Notes: a model not told the origin generated them from the sequence alone. DNA of 61,879 nucleotides from Sphingorhabdus sp. (GCA_017987825.1 JAGNSY010000001.1:1-61879); one strand, 5' to 3'. Counted from the stretch's first letter, positions 21,897 through 33,828 are shown. Made by a program: numbers and translations.

Positions 21897-22561
21897 CACC
21901 ATTCCCCCCGATAGTCGTGATTGGCCTTAACCATTTCCTTCAATGTCGTCGGCCCGCCTTCGGGGCAGCTGGTCTGGCGGTCGATCTGCGGGCCGATTTT
22001 CACCGGCTTGTCGTTCGCCAACGCGTCGAGCAGCGCCGACATGCTGTCATAGGTCAGGTCTTCGAAATTATCGTCGTTGATCTGCACCATCGGCGCGTTG
22101 GCACAGGCGCCGAGGCATTCGACCTCGGTCAGGGTGAACAGACCGTCGGGCGTGGTAGCACCCTTGACCAGCCCCCGGTTCTTGCACGCGGCCATAACGT
22201 CGTCTGACCCGCGCAGCATGCAAGGCGTGGTGCCGCAAACCTGCACATGGAAACGACCGACCGGCGCGAGATTGTACATGGTGTAGAAGGTCGCGACTTC
22301 GTAAGCGCGCATATAGGGCATGCCGAGATAGGCGGCGACATATTCGATCACCGGTACCGGCAGCCAGCCCTGCGTCTTGGTTTCCTCACCCACCTGCCGT
22401 TGCGCCAGATCGAGCAGCGCCATCACCGCCGATTGCTGACGGCCAGCGGGGTAGCGCGCGACATACATGTCGGCGGTTTTCTTGTTGGCCTTGGTAAAGG
22501 CAAAACCGCCCCACTTGGCGCGGGTTTCGGTTTCGTCAGGGATGTGGGCAGCGTCGGCCAT
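21896..22561 (-). CDS. nuoE: NADH-quinone oxidoreductase subunit E
   Basis: 'QVCGTTPCMLRG', 'VECLGACANAP'. Confidence 0.97.
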   Translation of the reverse strand: MADAAHIPDETETRAKWGGFAFTKANKKTADMYVARYPAGRQQSAVMALLDLAQRQVGEETKTQGWLPVPVIEYVAAYLGMPYMRAYEVATFYTMYNLAPVGRFHVQVCGTTPCMLRGSDDVMAACKNRGLVKGATTPDGLFTLTEVECLGACANAPMVQINDDNFEDLTYDSMSALLDALANDKPVKIGPQIDRQTSCPEGGPTTLKEMVKANHDYRGEW

Positions 22562-22893
22562 TATCGGACAAACTCCACGCGCGACACCTTGTCGCCTTCA
22601 AAACTGTAGATCGACATAACTTCGAACGGCTCGGCGGTTGCGGAGCGGAATACCCGCTCATGCAGCGCAACAAATTCGCCCAGTTCATAGCCTTTCAGGA
22701 TTTCGGCGCGGTTCTCTGGAAACTCAGCGAACATCGCTTTCAATCCGGCGCGCGTGCCTTCCTTGCCTTCACGGACAACGGCACCGCGATAGCCCGCTTC
22801 ACAGGCATCATCGGTCATCAGCGCGACATAGGCGTCTGCGTCTTGCGCGTTGTAATGCGCGATCATCTGCTCGGCGATGGCCAGTTTGCTCAC
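22561..22893 (-). CDS. SnoaL/NTF2-like protein inserted in nuo operon
   Basis: '[18 protein letters not shown]...EGKEG...VALHERV...[12 protein letters not shown]'; coupled to nuoD and nuoE. Confidence 0.8.
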   Translation of the reverse strand: MSKLAIAEQMIAHYNAQDADAYVALMTDDACEAGYRGAVVREGKEGTRAGLKAMFAEFPENRAEILKGYELGEFVALHERVFRSATAEPFEVMSIYSFEGDKVSRVEFVR

Positions 22894-24101
22894 CGGTCAC
22901 ACTCCCCGAAAACGATGTCGAGCGCGCCGATAATCGCGGTGGTGTCGGCGAGCATATGGCCCTTCGACATGAATTCCATTGCCTGCAGATGGCTGAATGC
23001 TGTCGGGCGGATTTTGCAGCGATAGGGTTTGTTGGTGCCGTCCGATACCAGATAGACGCCAAATTCGCCCTTGGGGCTTTCGGTCGCGACATAGACCGCG
23101 CCTTCGGGCACATGGAAGCCTTCGGTGTAGAGCTTGAAATGATGGATCAGCGCCTCCATCGACGCCTTCATCTCGGCGCGCTTTGGCGGAACAATCTTGC
23201 GGTCGTCGCTGCACACCGGGCCCTCTGGCATTTGGGCCAAGCATTGCTTCATGATGCGGATCGACTGACGCACTTCCTCTACACGGACCATGAAGCGATC
23301 ATAGCAATCGCCGCGCGTGCCGACAGGGATGTCGAACTCCATCTTGGCATAGACATCATAAGGCTGCGACTTGCGGATATCCCAAGGGATGCCTGCGCCA
23401 CGGATCATCGGGCCCGAAAAGCCCCATTTGATCGCGTCTTCCTTGCTGACAATCGCGATATCGACATTGCGCTGTTTGAAGATGCGGTTGTCGACGACCA
23501 GCGCCATTCCGTCTTCAAACAGGCGCGGCAGGCGATCGTCGAGCCAGTCGCCAATATCGGTCAGCAGCTTTAGCGGCACATCCTGATGCACGCCGCCGGG
23601 GCGGAACCATGCGGTGTGCATGCGCGCGCCCGATGCGCGTTCAAAGAAGGTCATGCAATCTTCGCGCGCTTCATAGAGCCACAGGCCCGGCGTCATCGCG
23701 CCCACGTCCAGCGCATGGTGCGCCAGATTGAGCAGATGGTTCGATATGCGGGTCAATTCGGCAAACAGCACGCGCAGATATTGTGCGCGCAACGGCACTT
23801 CGAGGTTGAGCAGCTTTTCAATGGCGAGCACATAGCTATGCTCCATCGCCAAGGGCGAGGCATAATCAAGCCGGTCGAAATAGGGCAAGGCTTGCAAATA
23901 GGTTTTATGTTCGATCAACTTTTCGGTGCCGCGGTGCAGCAGGCCGATATGCGGATCGAGCCGCTCGATAATCTCGCCATCGAGTTCCATGACGAGGCGA
24001 AGAACGCCGTGCGCTGCCGGATGCTGAGGGCCGAAATTGATAGTGTAATTCTGGATGACTTCATCGCCGGTGGTCGGCGCGAGATCTTTCTGGAGGCTCA
24101 T
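22890..24101 (-). CDS. nuoD: NADH-quinone oxidoreductase subunit D
   Basis: '[15 protein letters not shown]', '[10 protein letters not shown]', 'DIVFGECDR'. Confidence 0.98.
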   Translation of the reverse strand: MSLQKDLAPTTGDEVIQNYTINFGPQHPAAHGVLRLVMELDGEIIERLDPHIGLLHRGTEKLIEHKTYLQALPYFDRLDYASPLAMEHSYVLAIEKLLNLEVPLRAQYLRVLFAELTRISNHLLNLAHHALDVGAMTPGLWLYEAREDCMTFFERASGARMHTAWFRPGGVHQDVPLKLLTDIGDWLDDRLPRLFEDGMALVVDNRIFKQRNVDIAIVSKEDAIKWGFSGPMIRGAGIPWDIRKSQPYDVYAKMEFDIPVGTRGDCYDRFMVRVEEVRQSIRIMKQCLAQMPEGPVCSDDRKIVPPKRAEMKASMEALIHHFKLYTEGFHVPEGAVYVATESPKGEFGVYLVSDGTNKPYRCKIRPTAFSHLQAMEFMSKGHMLADTTAIIGALDIVFGECDR

Positions 24102-24715
24102 TTGCTGGCTCCCTTCTCGTCACCGGGCAGCACATAGTCGGCACCTTCCCAAGGGCTCATGAAGTCAAAGCTGCGGAAATCCTGGGCCAGTTCGACAGCC
24201 TCATATTTCACGCGCTTTTCTTCTTCCGAATAGCGCAGTTCGACATAGCCGGTCAGCGGGAAATCCTTGCGCTGCGGATGGCCGACAAAGCCATAGTCGG
24301 TCAGGATGCGCCGCAAATCATCATTGCCCGCAAAGGTCACGCCATACATGTCAAACACTTCGCGTTCGAGCCAGCCCGCAACCGGCCAGATTTCAGTCAC
24401 CGAAGGAACCGGCACATCCTCATTGGTCGCCACATGCACGCGGATGCGGTGGTTCTTGGTCAGGCTGAGCAGGCAATAAACGACTTCGAAGCGCGGGTCG
24501 CGGTCGAGCCAGTCGACACCTGCGATTTCCATCAGCTGCTGATAGTCGCAAGTGTCGCGCAACTGCATCATCACGCCGACCAGCTTGTCGGTTTTGACAT
24601 GACAGGCGATTTCGCCATGCGCTTCTTCGATCGCAAGCAGGTCCTTGCCCAGCGCTTTTTTGAGCGCGGCAACGGTGCCTTTGGGCGTGGCGATAAGGGG
24701 AGCGGGACTGCTCAT
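24098..24715 (-). CDS. nuoC: NADH-quinone oxidoreductase subunit C
   Basis: '[11 protein letters not shown]', '[23 protein letters not shown]'. Confidence 0.97.
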   Translation of the reverse strand: MSSPAPLIATPKGTVAALKKALGKDLLAIEEAHGEIACHVKTDKLVGVMMQLRDTCDYQQLMEIAGVDWLDRDPRFEVVYCLLSLTKNHRIRVHVATNEDVPVPSVTEIWPVAGWLEREVFDMYGVTFAGNDDLRRILTDYGFVGHPQRKDFPLTGYVELRYSEEEKRVKYEAVELAQDFRSFDFMSPWEGADYVLPGDEKGASK

Positions 24716-25248
24716 CGTTCAATCGTCCCTTCGCGCCGGATTTTGCGCTGCAACTGCATGATGCCATAGAGCAGCGCTTCCGCCGTCGGCGGGCAACCGG
24801 GGACGTAGATATCGACCGGCACGATGCGATCACAACCGCGCACGACGCTATAGCTATAATGATAATAACCGCCGCCATTGGCGCAGCTGCCCATCGAAAT
24901 CACATATTTCGGCTCCGACATCTGGTCGTACACCTTGCGCAGTGCCGGTGCCATTTTATTGCACAGCGTGCCAGCGACAATCATCACGTCCGACTGACGC
25001 GGGCTGGCGCGAGGGGCGATGCCGAAGCGTTCGAAATCATAACGCGGCATATAACCGTGGATCATCTCGACCGCGCAGCAAGCGAGACCAAAGGTCATCG
25101 GCCAGAGCGAGCCGGTGCGCGCCCAGGTGAACAGATCCTCGGTCGAGGTGACGACAAAGCCCTTGTCATTGACCTCTTCAGACAGGTCTTTGACGAAATC
25201 CGTATCGGCGGGAACGCCGCCTGCCGGTGCTGTTTCGATCACTCCCAT
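24712..25248 (-). CDS. nuoB: NADH-quinone oxidoreductase subunit B
   Basis: '[10 protein letters not shown]', '[10 protein letters not shown]', 'VPGCPP'; ATG at 25248 overlaps the end of nuoA. Confidence 0.97.
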   Translation of the reverse strand: MGVIETAPAGGVPADTDFVKDLSEEVNDKGFVVTSTEDLFTWARTGSLWPMTFGLACCAVEMIHGYMPRYDFERFGIAPRASPRQSDVMIVAGTLCNKMAPALRKVYDQMSEPKYVISMGSCANGGGYYHYSYSVVRGCDRIVPVDIYVPGCPPTAEALLYGIMQLQRKIRREGTIER

Positions 25249-25613
25249 TCGAGCGCTCCCACTTTCCAGGCATAGATGAAACCGATTACCAGTTCGAACA
25301 GGAACAACATCATCGTGCCCCAGCCTACCCAACCGGTTTCACCAAGGCTAACCGCCCAGGGGAAGAGGAAGGCGGCTTCGAGGTCGAAGATGATGAACAG
25401 GATCGCGACGAGGTAGAAACGGACGTCGAACTGGCTGCGCGAATCCTCAAACGCGGGAAAGCCGCATTCATATTCGGCAAGCTTCGCCTCGGTCGGCTGG
25501 TGCGCGCCAGTAAGGCGCGAAACCGCCATCGGCAGAAACACGAAAAGGCTCGATAATCCCAGTGCGACGACCAGGAAAAGGAGTATCGGCAGATATTGCG
25601 ACAGATCGGTCAA
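25239..25613 (-). CDS. nuoA: NADH-quinone oxidoreductase subunit A
   Basis: 'YECGF', '[22 protein letters not shown]'. Confidence 0.97.
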   Translation of the reverse strand: MTDLSQYLPILLFLVVALGLSSLFVFLPMAVSRLTGAHQPTEAKLAEYECGFPAFEDSRSQFDVRFYLVAILFIIFDLEAAFLFPWAVSLGETGWVGWGTMMLFLFELVIGFIYAWKVGALEWE

Positions 25614-25708
25614 AACGGACTCGCTTCAGGCCTGAATTGGCGCGCTTTTAGGGGCGATTGTGCACCGCCGCAAGGGGCGGACACGGCTTTTTTCCACCGT
25701 TTTTTGTA

Positions 25709-26527
25709 TTATTTGAGCGCGCCGACCAGAAGCTTGTGCAAGCGGCTGTGTAACTGGTCGTTTCCGGCCAGCAATTGGGCATCGGCAATAGCAGGCGAAC
25801 GGCCGCGATAGTCGGTCACAAAACCACCAGCTTCACGCACGATCAGGCAGCCTGCAGCCGTATCCCAAGGAGACAATCCGCTTTCCCAGAAACCGTCATA
25901 GCGCCCCGCTGCGAGCCATGCCAGATCAAGGCTAGCGGCACCAAAACGTCGGATGCCGGCGACTTCGGGGGCGATGGCGGCGTAGATTTTGCCCCATTCC
26001 TCAATGTCGCCATGCCCTTTGAACGGAACGCCGGTCGCAACGAGCGCCTCACTCAACTTGCGACGTGCCGAAACGCGAAGTCGCTTGTGGCCTAGGAAAG
26101 CACCCTTCCCTCTTTCGGCCCAAAAGCTTTCATCGGTAATCGGATTGTAGACCAGCCCCATATACAGATCGCCCCAGCCCGAACCATCGGGTTTGGGATC
26201 CTGCACAGCAATCGAAATCGCGAAATGCGGAATGCCATGCAAAAAGTTGCTGGTGCCATCGAGCGGATCGACGATGAAGCGCGGTTTGCCTTCTTTGCCG
26301 GCAATCTCACCGGTTTCTTCCATCAGGAAGCCCCAGTCGGGCCGTGCATTTTCGAGTTCGCGGAAGATGGTGTCTTCGGCCTTTTGGTCCGCTTTGGTCA
26401 CAAAATCGGCAGGCCCCTTCATCGAGACCTGTAATTGTTCGATTTCGCTGAAGTCACGGCGCAACTTGCTACCCGCCTTGCGGGCAGCTTTTTCTATGAC
26501 GGACATCAGTCCAGATAATGCAGGCAT
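25709..26527 (-). CDS. suhB: Inositol monophosphatase family protein SuhB
   Basis: 'DFVTKAD', 'VDPLDGTSNF', 'RRFGAASLDL', 'WDTAAG'. Confidence 0.92.
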   Translation of the reverse strand: MPALSGLMSVIEKAARKAGSKLRRDFSEIEQLQVSMKGPADFVTKADQKAEDTIFRELENARPDWGFLMEETGEIAGKEGKPRFIVDPLDGTSNFLHGIPHFAISIAVQDPKPDGSGWGDLYMGLVYNPITDESFWAERGKGAFLGHKRLRVSARRKLSEALVATGVPFKGHGDIEEWGKIYAAIAPEVAGIRRFGAASLDLAWLAAGRYDGFWESGLSPWDTAAGCLIVREAGGFVTDYRGRSPAIADAQLLAGNDQLHSRLHKLLVGALK

Positions 26528-27090
26528 TAGTCAGCCTTCCGGACATATTCCCGTTCGTAAACGTCAACGACGATGCGCGTGCCCGAACTGATGAACGGCG
26601 GCACCATCACGCGCACGCCATTATCGAGAATAGCAGGCTTGTAGCTGGAAGAAGCGGTCTGGCCTTTGACGACAGCGTCGGCCTCTACAATTGTCGCTTC
26701 GATCGTGTCGGGCAAGGCGACAGAAAGTGCCTCATCCTCATACATTTCCATGACGACATCCATGCCGTCCTGAAGGAAGGCCGCTGCATCGCCGAGCAAA
26801 TCGGTCGGCAAAGTCACCTGATCATAGGTTTCCTTGTCCATGAAAACCAGATTGTCGCCTTCGGCATACAGATATTGAAAATCTTTCTGATCAAGGCGAA
26901 CGCGTTCAACAGTTTCGGCCGAGCGGAAGCGGACGTTGTTCTTGCGGCCATCGCGGAGGTTCTTGAGTTCAACCTGCATATAGGCTCCACCCTTGCCGGG
27001 CTGGGTATGCTGAATCTTGACTGCACGCCAGATGCCGCCTTCATATTCGATGATGTTGCCCGGACGAATTTCGACGCCGCTGATTTTCAT
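26527..27090 (-). CDS. efp: Elongation factor P
   Basis: 'HTQPGKGGA', '[12 protein letters not shown]', 'VPPFI'. Confidence 0.97.
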   Translation of the reverse strand: MKISGVEIRPGNIIEYEGGIWRAVKIQHTQPGKGGAYMQVELKNLRDGRKNNVRFRSAETVERVRLDQKDFQYLYAEGDNLVFMDKETYDQVTLPTDLLGDAAAFLQDGMDVVMEMYEDEALSVALPDTIEATIVEADAVVKGQTASSSYKPAILDNGVRVMVPPFISSGTRIVVDVYEREYVRKAD

Positions 27091-27171
27091 GAGAACACTC
27101 GCTTGACAGTTGGAAAGAGCAAGGGGCGCTATGCACCCCGTTGGCCGCGGCCTTTAGCGGGGCGAGGCTGA

Positions 27172-27795
27172 TTAGGCAAGAAGAGCGTTGAATGCCTTTA
27201 CCGCCGCTGCCGGTCCGTCCGGATGGTTCCAGACGGCACCACTGACCGCGATGAAATCAGCACCCGCATCGACAACGGCTTTGGCGTTATCCGGTGTGAT
27301 ACCGCCAATCGCCACACAGGGGACTTCGGTAAATTGCGACCACATCTCGAGCGTCTCCAGCTCGGCCTGATGCTTCACCTCTTTGGTCGTCGTCGGGAAA
27401 AATGCGCCAAAGGCCACATAGTCGGCCCCGCCTTCCGCAGCCTCCATCGCTAGGTGGCGGCTGTTGTGGCAAGTGACCCCTATCTGCGCATCGCGGCCCA
27501 GTTCCTCGCGCGCTTCCGCCGGATCGCCATCTTCCTGCCCCAGATGGACACCGTCCGCCTTGATCCGCTTGGCAAGCGATACGCTGTCATTGACGATGAA
27601 GGCTACATCATGCCGCGCGCAGATTTCCTGCAACGGCACCGCCAGGCGAGCGGCTTCATGCTGGTCAATATCCTTCACCCGAAACTGAAAGGCAGCGACA
27701 GGTCCGGCAGATAAAGCCGCTTCGAGTTGCGACGGAAAGTCACCGTCAACATTCAATGGAGAAATCAGATAAAGTTGGCAGGCAGGTCTGGTCAT
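27172..27795 (-). CDS. thiE: Thiamine-phosphate synthase
   Basis: 'QFRVK', 'IVND', 'GVHLGQED', 'FFPTTTK', 'VAIGGI'. Confidence 0.94.
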   Translation of the reverse strand: MTRPACQLYLISPLNVDGDFPSQLEAALSAGPVAAFQFRVKDIDQHEAARLAVPLQEICARHDVAFIVNDSVSLAKRIKADGVHLGQEDGDPAEAREELGRDAQIGVTCHNSRHLAMEAAEGGADYVAFGAFFPTTTKEVKHQAELETLEMWSQFTEVPCVAIGGITPDNAKAVVDAGADFIAVSGAVWNHPDGPAAAVKAFNALLA

Positions 27796-27830
27796 ATTCG
27801 GTTCATAGCGGTGTCGGCAATTCGCTGTAA

Positions 27831-28217
27831 ATGCAAATGCGTACCTTCACCGCTCTCCTGTCATTTCCGATCCTTGCGGGCTGCATCTCCATACCCATCG
27901 CACATTCCCAAGACCCGTCGAACGCCCGTATCGGGCAGGCAGTCTATGTCGACGGCCCAGTTATAAAGCCTGTTGCGGTAATCGAAGATAGTCGCTGTCC
28001 CGCCGAGGTTCAATGCGTCTGGCCCGGACGCGTCAGGATCAAAGCGCTTTGGATGCGGGCAGACGGACCAAGGGAGTTATTACTCTCGAGCGACCAGCCG
28101 ATGGCAGTCGCTGACGGCATGATGACTCTGACCAATGTCCGTCCTGCCCGCCCCAAAGATGGAAAGATCGATCTAGGCGAATACCGGTTTAGCCTGAGCT
28201 TTGCAGGCGGTTTGTAA
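27831..28217 (+). CDS. Hypothetical lipoprotein
   Basis: Lipobox 'ILAG|C'; Cys motif 'EDSRCPAEVQCVWPG'. Confidence 0.75.
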   Translation: MQMRTFTALLSFPILAGCISIPIAHSQDPSNARIGQAVYVDGPVIKPVAVIEDSRCPAEVQCVWPGRVRIKALWMRADGPRELLLSSDQPMAVADGMMTLTNVRPARPKDGKIDLGEYRFSLSFAGGL

Positions 28218-28239
28218 CGCGGTAGCTAGGCCAAATGGC

Positions 28240-29139
28240 TCAGGTTATAGAGGTTCTGTAGATAGCCTCGATGGCTTCATCGAGCGAGGCGTCAAATTCA
28301 TCATCGCTCATCCGATGCCGCAAGTCTTCGAGCAGCGCGCGGCTGAAGGACGCGATGATGCCACTATTTTTGGCAAGCTCAACGCATGCTTCGGGACGCT
28401 TATAGCCTCCAGACAATGCGACGACGCGCAACACTTTAGGGTGCTGCACCAGTGAATCAAATTTGCCTGCTTCAACCGGTAGTGAGAGTTTGAGCATCAC
28501 CTGCTGATCCGCACCTAGCGCGTCGAGCTGCTTCAGTGTTTCTTCGAGCAGGATCGCGTCGCATTCGGCGCGGGTTTCGCTCTTGATGTTAATTTCGGGT
28601 TCGATCATCGGCATCATGCCGTGCGACAGCACCTGTTGACCAACTTCGAACTGCTGCGCGACGATGGCAGCAATGCCTTCGCGGTTGGCCGAATTGATGA
28701 CCGAGCGTTCCTTCGTGCCGAACACACCCAGCGCCTTTGAACGCGCGAGCAGATCATCCAGTTCCGGCATCGGCTTCATCATCTGCACGCCCCCGAACCC
28801 ACCAAATCCTTCGTCTTCGAGTCCCTTGTCGATCTTGATGAAGGGCACCACGCCCTTTTCGATCAGCGCGGCGGGGGTCGGCTTGCCGTTTACGGTGCCT
28901 TCCATAGTGCGTTCAAACAGGATTGCACCGATCACGCGGTCACCAGTAAACGCCTTCGACCGGATGATCCGTGACCGCATGTCATGAATCAGGCCGAACA
29001 TTTCCTCGTCATTGCTCCACGCGCCTTCCTCGATGCCATAGCCTTTGAGCGCCTTGGGCGTCGAACCACCGCTCTGGTCGAGTGCGGCGATAAAGCCCTG
29101 TCCGGCGGCAATCTTGGCGGTCATGTCAGCGGTGTTCAT
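28240..29139 (-). CDS. fba: Fructose-bisphosphate aldolase, class I
   Basis: 'GFIAALDQSGGSTPKAL', 'GTKERSVI', 'VVALSGGY', 'ASFSRAL'. Confidence 0.94.
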   Translation of the reverse strand: MNTADMTAKIAAGQGFIAALDQSGGSTPKALKGYGIEEGAWSNDEEMFGLIHDMRSRIIRSKAFTGDRVIGAILFERTMEGTVNGKPTPAALIEKGVVPFIKIDKGLEDEGFGGFGGVQMMKPMPELDDLLARSKALGVFGTKERSVINSANREGIAAIVAQQFEVGQQVLSHGMMPMIEPEINIKSETRAECDAILLEETLKQLDALGADQQVMLKLSLPVEAGKFDSLVQHPKVLRVVALSGGYKRPEACVELAKNSGIIASFSRALLEDLRHRMSDDEFDASLDEAIEAIYRTSIT

Positions 29140-29155
29140 GGGAGCTCCCTATGTG

Positions 29156-29169
29156 TGCATACGTATGTC
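29156..29169. promoter_or_regulatory. Palindromic LacI-type operator candidate upstream of fba
   Basis: tgCATACGTATGtc, perfect 10-bp palindrome with central CG; same core at 61796-61805. Confidence 0.5.
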
Positions 29170-29223
29170 GCGGCGGCCATTAGCGTTCCATCGCGCAAGT
29201 CGCAACCGCTCTATTGGTAAATT

Positions 29224-30423
29224 TCAGGCCGTGGTTTCGAGCGCTTTGACGCCGGGCAATATCTTGCCTTCCATCCATTCAAGGAAGGCACCGCCTGCAG
29301 TCGAAATGAAGGTGAAGTCTTGTGTGACGCCAGCATGCGCCAGTGCCGCAACGGTATCTCCGCCGCCAGCGACTGACACCAGCGAATCTTCTTTGGTCAG
29401 CGCCGCGGCTGTGCGCGCCAGCGAAACCGTGGCGGCGTCAAAGGGTTCAATTTCGAATGCACCCATAGGGCCGTTCCAGACCAAGGTGCGGCAATTCTTC
29501 AAAACATCGGCCAAAGCCTCAATCGCAGCGGGGCCAACGTCGAGGATCATCTCATCCTCTGCCACTTCATGGACATTGACGGTGCGCACGGGCGGATTGG
29601 CGCGGAATTCCTTTGCTACGACAACGTCATAAGGCAAATGCACCGTGCAACCGGCAACGTCGGCTGCATCCAAAATGGCATTGGCGGTGTCAGCCAGATC
29701 ATGCTCGCATAGCGATTTGCCGACATTGACGCCGCGCGCCGCGAGGAAGGTGTTGGCCATGCCGCCACCGATGATCAAATGATCGACCTTGGTGACCAGA
29801 TTGTTGAGGACATCGAGCTTGGAAGACACCTTTGCTCCACCAACCACCGCGGCCACCGGATGCTCGGGCGCGCCCAATGCTGCTTCCAGCGCCTTGAGTT
29901 CGGCCTCCATCGAACGACCGGCATAAGAAGGTAGCAGATGCGCCAGACCTTCAGTGGTCACATGCGCACGGTGGGCGGCCGAAAAGGCATCGTTGACATA
30001 GAGATCGCCATTGGCGGCAATTGCCTTCGCCAGTTCGGGATCGTTCTTTTCCTCACCCGCCCAGAAACGGCTGTTTTCCAACAGCGCCACATCGCCATTC
30101 GACAGGATCGACAGCGATTGCGCAACAACATCGCCATAGATTTCAGGGACGAACATGATTTCGCGCCCCAAAACTTCCTGCAATGCATCAAGCGTCATCG
30201 ACACCGACATTTCGCTATGCTTCTGACCCTTGGGACGACCGAAATGCGCCAGCAACAGAACCTTGGCACCCTTGGCCGACAATTCGTTTACCGTCGGCGC
30301 GAGCGCGTGCATGCGTGTCAGATCGGTGACGCGGCCTTCCGCCATCGGTACGTTCAGATCAACCCGAACCAGTGCACGTTTGCCGGTGAGGTCGCCGAGG
30401 TCGTCGAGGGTGCGAAAGGCCAT
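29224..30423 (-). CDS. pgk: Phosphoglycerate kinase
   Basis: 'RVDLNVP', 'HFGRPKG', '[11 protein letters not shown]', 'GGAKVSSK', '[10 protein letters not shown]'. Confidence 0.97.
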   Translation of the reverse strand: MAFRTLDDLGDLTGKRALVRVDLNVPMAEGRVTDLTRMHALAPTVNELSAKGAKVLLLAHFGRPKGQKHSEMSVSMTLDALQEVLGREIMFVPEIYGDVVAQSLSILSNGDVALLENSRFWAGEEKNDPELAKAIAANGDLYVNDAFSAAHRAHVTTEGLAHLLPSYAGRSMEAELKALEAALGAPEHPVAAVVGGAKVSSKLDVLNNLVTKVDHLIIGGGMANTFLAARGVNVGKSLCEHDLADTANAILDAADVAGCTVHLPYDVVVAKEFRANPPVRTVNVHEVAEDEMILDVGPAAIEALADVLKNCRTLVWNGPMGAFEIEPFDAATVSLARTAAALTKEDSLVSVAGGGDTVAALAHAGVTQDFTFISTAGGAFLEWMEGKILPGVKALETTA

Positions 30424-30436
30424 GACGTTGTCTTCC

Positions 30437-31444
30437 TTAGAGCAGACCGGCCATCACGCCAGCGGTGTCGACCATGCGGTTGGAGAAGCCCCATTCATTG
30501 TCATACCAGCTGACAACGCGGACCAGCTTGCCCTCCATAACCACGGTTGAGAGGCTGTCGATGGTCGAACTTGCCGGGCAATGGTTGTAATCGATCGAAA
30601 CCAGCGGCTCGTCCGAATAAGCCAAAACGCCCTTCAGCGCGCCTTCCGATGCAGCTTTCAGCGCTGCGTTGATTTCCTCAACGCTGGTGTCGCGCGATGG
30701 TGTGAAGGTCAGGTCAACAAGGCTGACATTGGGCGTCGGCACGCGGATGGCCGCACCGTCGAGCTTGCCCTTCAATTCTGGCAGCACTTCGGCAACGGCA
30801 CGGGCGGCACCGGTTGTGGTCGGGATCATCGACATGCCCGCAGCACGCGCGCGCCGCATATCCTCGTGGATCTGATCGAGGATTTTTTGGTCGTTGGTAT
30901 AGGCGTGCACCGTTGTCATCAGGCCGCGCTCGATACCGACGGTTTCGTGAACAACCTTGGCGAGCGGTGCCAGGCAGTTGGTGGTGCAACTGGCGTTCGA
31001 GACAATCTTGTCATCTGACGTCAAGACACCGTGGTTGACGCCATAAACGATTGTTTTATCGACATTCTTTGCAGGAGCAGAGATCAAAACGCGCTTGGCG
31101 CCAGCGGCCAGATGCTTGCCCGCGCTGTCCCGATCGGTGAAGAAACCGGTGCATTCGAGAGCGATGTCGACGCCATTCGCACCGTGCGGCAGGTTTGCCG
31201 GATCGCGCTCAGCCGTTACATGGATACGCTTGCCGTTGACGATGATGTCGTTTCCATCGGCCTCTACAGTGCCCGGAAAAGCGCCGTGCACGCTGTCGCG
31301 TTTGAACAGCAGCGCGTTCGACTTGGCGTCGGCCAGATCGTTGATCGCGACCAGTTCAAGATCATGGTCATTCCGTTCAAGGATTGCGCGCGCAACGAGG
31401 CGGCCGATGCGGCCGAAACCATTGATCGCAACTTTGGTAGCCAT
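30437..31444 (-). CDS. gap: Glyceraldehyde-3-phosphate dehydrogenase, type I
   Basis: 'INGFGRIGR', '[12 protein letters not shown]', 'WYDNEWGFS'. Confidence 0.98.
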   Translation of the reverse strand: MATKVAINGFGRIGRLVARAILERNDHDLELVAINDLADAKSNALLFKRDSVHGAFPGTVEADGNDIIVNGKRIHVTAERDPANLPHGANGVDIALECTGFFTDRDSAGKHLAAGAKRVLISAPAKNVDKTIVYGVNHGVLTSDDKIVSNASCTTNCLAPLAKVVHETVGIERGLMTTVHAYTNDQKILDQIHEDMRRARAAGMSMIPTTTGAARAVAEVLPELKGKLDGAAIRVPTPNVSLVDLTFTPSRDTSVEEINAALKAASEGALKGVLAYSDEPLVSIDYNHCPASSTIDSLSTVVMEGKLVRVVSWYDNEWGFSNRMVDTAGVMAGLL

Positions 31445-31458
31445 ATTAAATACTCCCT

Positions 31459-33426
31459 TTAAGCTTTTAACTTAGCTTGAATTTTACTCAATACTGCATC
31501 GACCGAGAAGCCAAAATGGTCATAAAGTGCTTCTGCCGGAGCCGAAGCGCCGAAACTGTCAATACCAATGTTGAGGCCATCATTGCCGGTATAACGCTGC
31601 CAGCCCAAGGTAACGCCCGCTTCGATCGAAACCTTGAGCCCATCATCGGGCAGGGTATTGGCGCGATAGGCGGCGTCCTGCATGTCGAAAAGCTCCCAGC
31701 TGGGCATGGAAACGACATCAGCGCCCTGCCCTGCGGCCTCAAGTGCATCAGCAACCGTCATTGCCAGTTCGACTTCCGACCCGGTCGCGACCAGCACCAC
31801 CTTGCGCGGTGCGGCGGCGGCACGCAGACGATAACCGCCCTTGGCCGACATATTCTCGCTGATGTCCGTGCGCAGCTGTGGCAGGTTTTGGCGCGACAGT
31901 GCGAGCAACGCTGGGCCCTTGCGGTTCTTCAGCGCCAGTTCCCAGCATTCTGCGGTTTCAATCGTATCGCAAGGGCGGAAAACCGTCAGATTGGGCATCG
32001 CCCGCAGGCTGACAAGATGCTCGACCGGCTGATGGGTCGGGCCATCTTCGCCCAGGCCAATGCTATCGTGCGTCATCACATAGACTACGCGCTGCTGCTG
32101 AATCGCCGAAAGCCGGATAGCGTTGCGACAATAGTCCGAAAACACAAGGAAAGTGCCACCATAGGGAATGATACCGCCGTGCAGCGCCATACCGTTCATC
32201 GCGGCCGCCATGCCGAATTCGCGGATGCCATAATAAATGTAGCGGCCCGCATAATCGTCACGCGTCAGCGGGCCGGTCGACTTTGTCTTGGTGTTGTTTG
32301 ATCCGGTGAGGTCCGCCGAACCGCCGACCAGTTCCGGAACAGCCGCCGTCAACGCTTCCAGCGCCATTTCCGATGCCTTGCGCGTCGCCACCTTCGCTGG
32401 GTTGGCAATCAACGACGCCAGATAGTCCTGCATAGCGCTGCTTTGCGGCAGGTCACCATTCATACGGCGCATAAACTCTGCGCCATTAGAATTTGTAGAT
32501 AAACGGTTATTCCATTCCGCATGTTCATTTCCACCACGGCTGCCTGCGGCGCGCCATGCGTCCAGAATATCGGCGGGAACCTCGAACGGTGGATAGTTCC
32601 AACCCAGTTCTGCCCGGGCAGCGGCAATCTCGTCGGCGCCCAGCGGCGATCCGTGTGTCGCGGACGTCCCCTGCTTGTTCGGCGCGCCCTTGCCGATCAG
32701 TGTTTTGCACGCGATCAGCGACGGACGTCCATCCCCAAGTGCAGCGTCTATTGCCTTTGAAATATCAGCAAAATCATGCCCATCGCAGCTTTCGACATGC
32801 CATCCGGTCGCGACATAGCGCGCCTTGATGTCTTCGCTGGTCGAAAGGTCGGTGCTGCCGTCGATGGTGATGCGGTTATCGTCCCATAGCACGATCAGGC
32901 GACCAAGTCCCAAATGCCCTGCCAGACCAATGGCCTCGTGGTTGATGCCTTCCATCAAACAGCCATCGCCTGCGATCACCCAGGTGCGGTGATCGACTAG
33001 ATCATCGCCAAAAACCGCATTCAAATGGCGTTCGGCGAGCGCCATGCCCACCGCCATCGCCAAACCCTGCCCCAACGGACCGGTGGTGCTTTCGACGCCT
33101 TCAAGCTCGATATTTTCAGGATGTCCCGCACATGGGCTATGCAACTTACGGAAATTACGTATGTTTTCAATGGTCGGGCTAGCATAGCCGCTAAGATACA
33201 GCGTCGAATAGGCCAGCATCGATCCATGCCCTGCCGATAGCACAAAACGATCCCGATCGGGCCATTTCGGTGCAGAAGCATCATATTTCAGATATTTGGC
33301 GTAAAGCACGGTTGCAACATCGGCCATGCCCATCGGCATGCCCGGATGGCCGCTATTGGCCGCCTGAACGGCATCCATCGAAAGCGCCCGGATCGCGTTG
33401 GCCATCATCTGAAGATCGGCGGACAT
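31459..33426 (-). CDS. tkt: Transketolase
   Basis: 'SGHPGMPMG', 'DRFVLSAGH', 'GDGCLMEG', '[16 protein letters not shown]'; start at 'MSADLQ'. Confidence 0.97.
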   Translation of the reverse strand: MSADLQMMANAIRALSMDAVQAANSGHPGMPMGMADVATVLYAKYLKYDASAPKWPDRDRFVLSAGHGSMLAYSTLYLSGYASPTIENIRNFRKLHSPCAGHPENIELEGVESTTGPLGQGLAMAVGMALAERHLNAVFGDDLVDHRTWVIAGDGCLMEGINHEAIGLAGHLGLGRLIVLWDDNRITIDGSTDLSTSEDIKARYVATGWHVESCDGHDFADISKAIDAALGDGRPSLIACKTLIGKGAPNKQGTSATHGSPLGADEIAAARAELGWNYPPFEVPADILDAWRAAGSRGGNEHAEWNNRLSTNSNGAEFMRRMNGDLPQSSAMQDYLASLIANPAKVATRKASEMALEALTAAVPELVGGSADLTGSNNTKTKSTGPLTRDDYAGRYIYYGIREFGMAAAMNGMALHGGIIPYGGTFLVFSDYCRNAIRLSAIQQQRVVYVMTHDSIGLGEDGPTHQPVEHLVSLRAMPNLTVFRPCDTIETAECWELALKNRKGPALLALSRQNLPQLRTDISENMSAKGGYRLRAAAAPRKVVLVATGSEVELAMTVADALEAAGQGADVVSMPSWELFDMQDAAYRANTLPDDGLKVSIEAGVTLGWQRYTGNDGLNIGIDSFGASAPAEALYDHFGFSVDAVLSKIQAKLKA

Positions 33427-33630
33427 GCAAATTACCCCTTTTGCCGCCCTGTAGAGCGGCCCCAGCACAAGATTTTCATGATGACTGCACGAGTCGGCTC
33501 GCGCCTCCTTTGGGGAGCGAGGCGGCACGGGTCAAGCCAAAGTCACCAAGATTTGCGGCGATTGCCAATAGATCGCGCGTTGCCAATCACGCCGATTTTG
33601 CTAGTTTGTGCAAAGAACAGGGAACAAGCC

Positions 33631-33828
33631 ATGGCACAACAACAAATGATCGAGGCAATCGGTAGACTGGAGAGGGCCGTTTCACGGCTGGAACTGGCCA
33701 AATTGCCACAAACATCATCGACAAGCCCTGAACTGGAACAACGCTATTCTGCGCTGAAAGCCGCAACCGAACAGGCCGTCGCCGAAATCGATCGGCTGTT
33801 GGCGCAAGAGGGGGCAGCACATGGCTGA
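33631..33828 (+). CDS. Small coiled-coil protein upstream of zapA (ZauP-like)
   Basis: 'MAQQQMIEAIGRLERAVSRLE...LEQRYSALKAATEQAVAEIDRLL'; overlaps zapA start; same position as Caulobacter zauP. Confidence 0.7.
   Translation: MAQQQMIEAIGRLERAVSRLELAKLPQTSSTSPELEQRYSALKAATEQAVAEIDRLLAQEGAAHG

Noticed and set aside
10119-21930. Long plus-strand ORFs opposite nuo genes (e.g. 12056-13177, 13114-14025, 15510-16601)
   Set aside because: Shadow ORFs caused by GC3 codon bias; no recognisable domains
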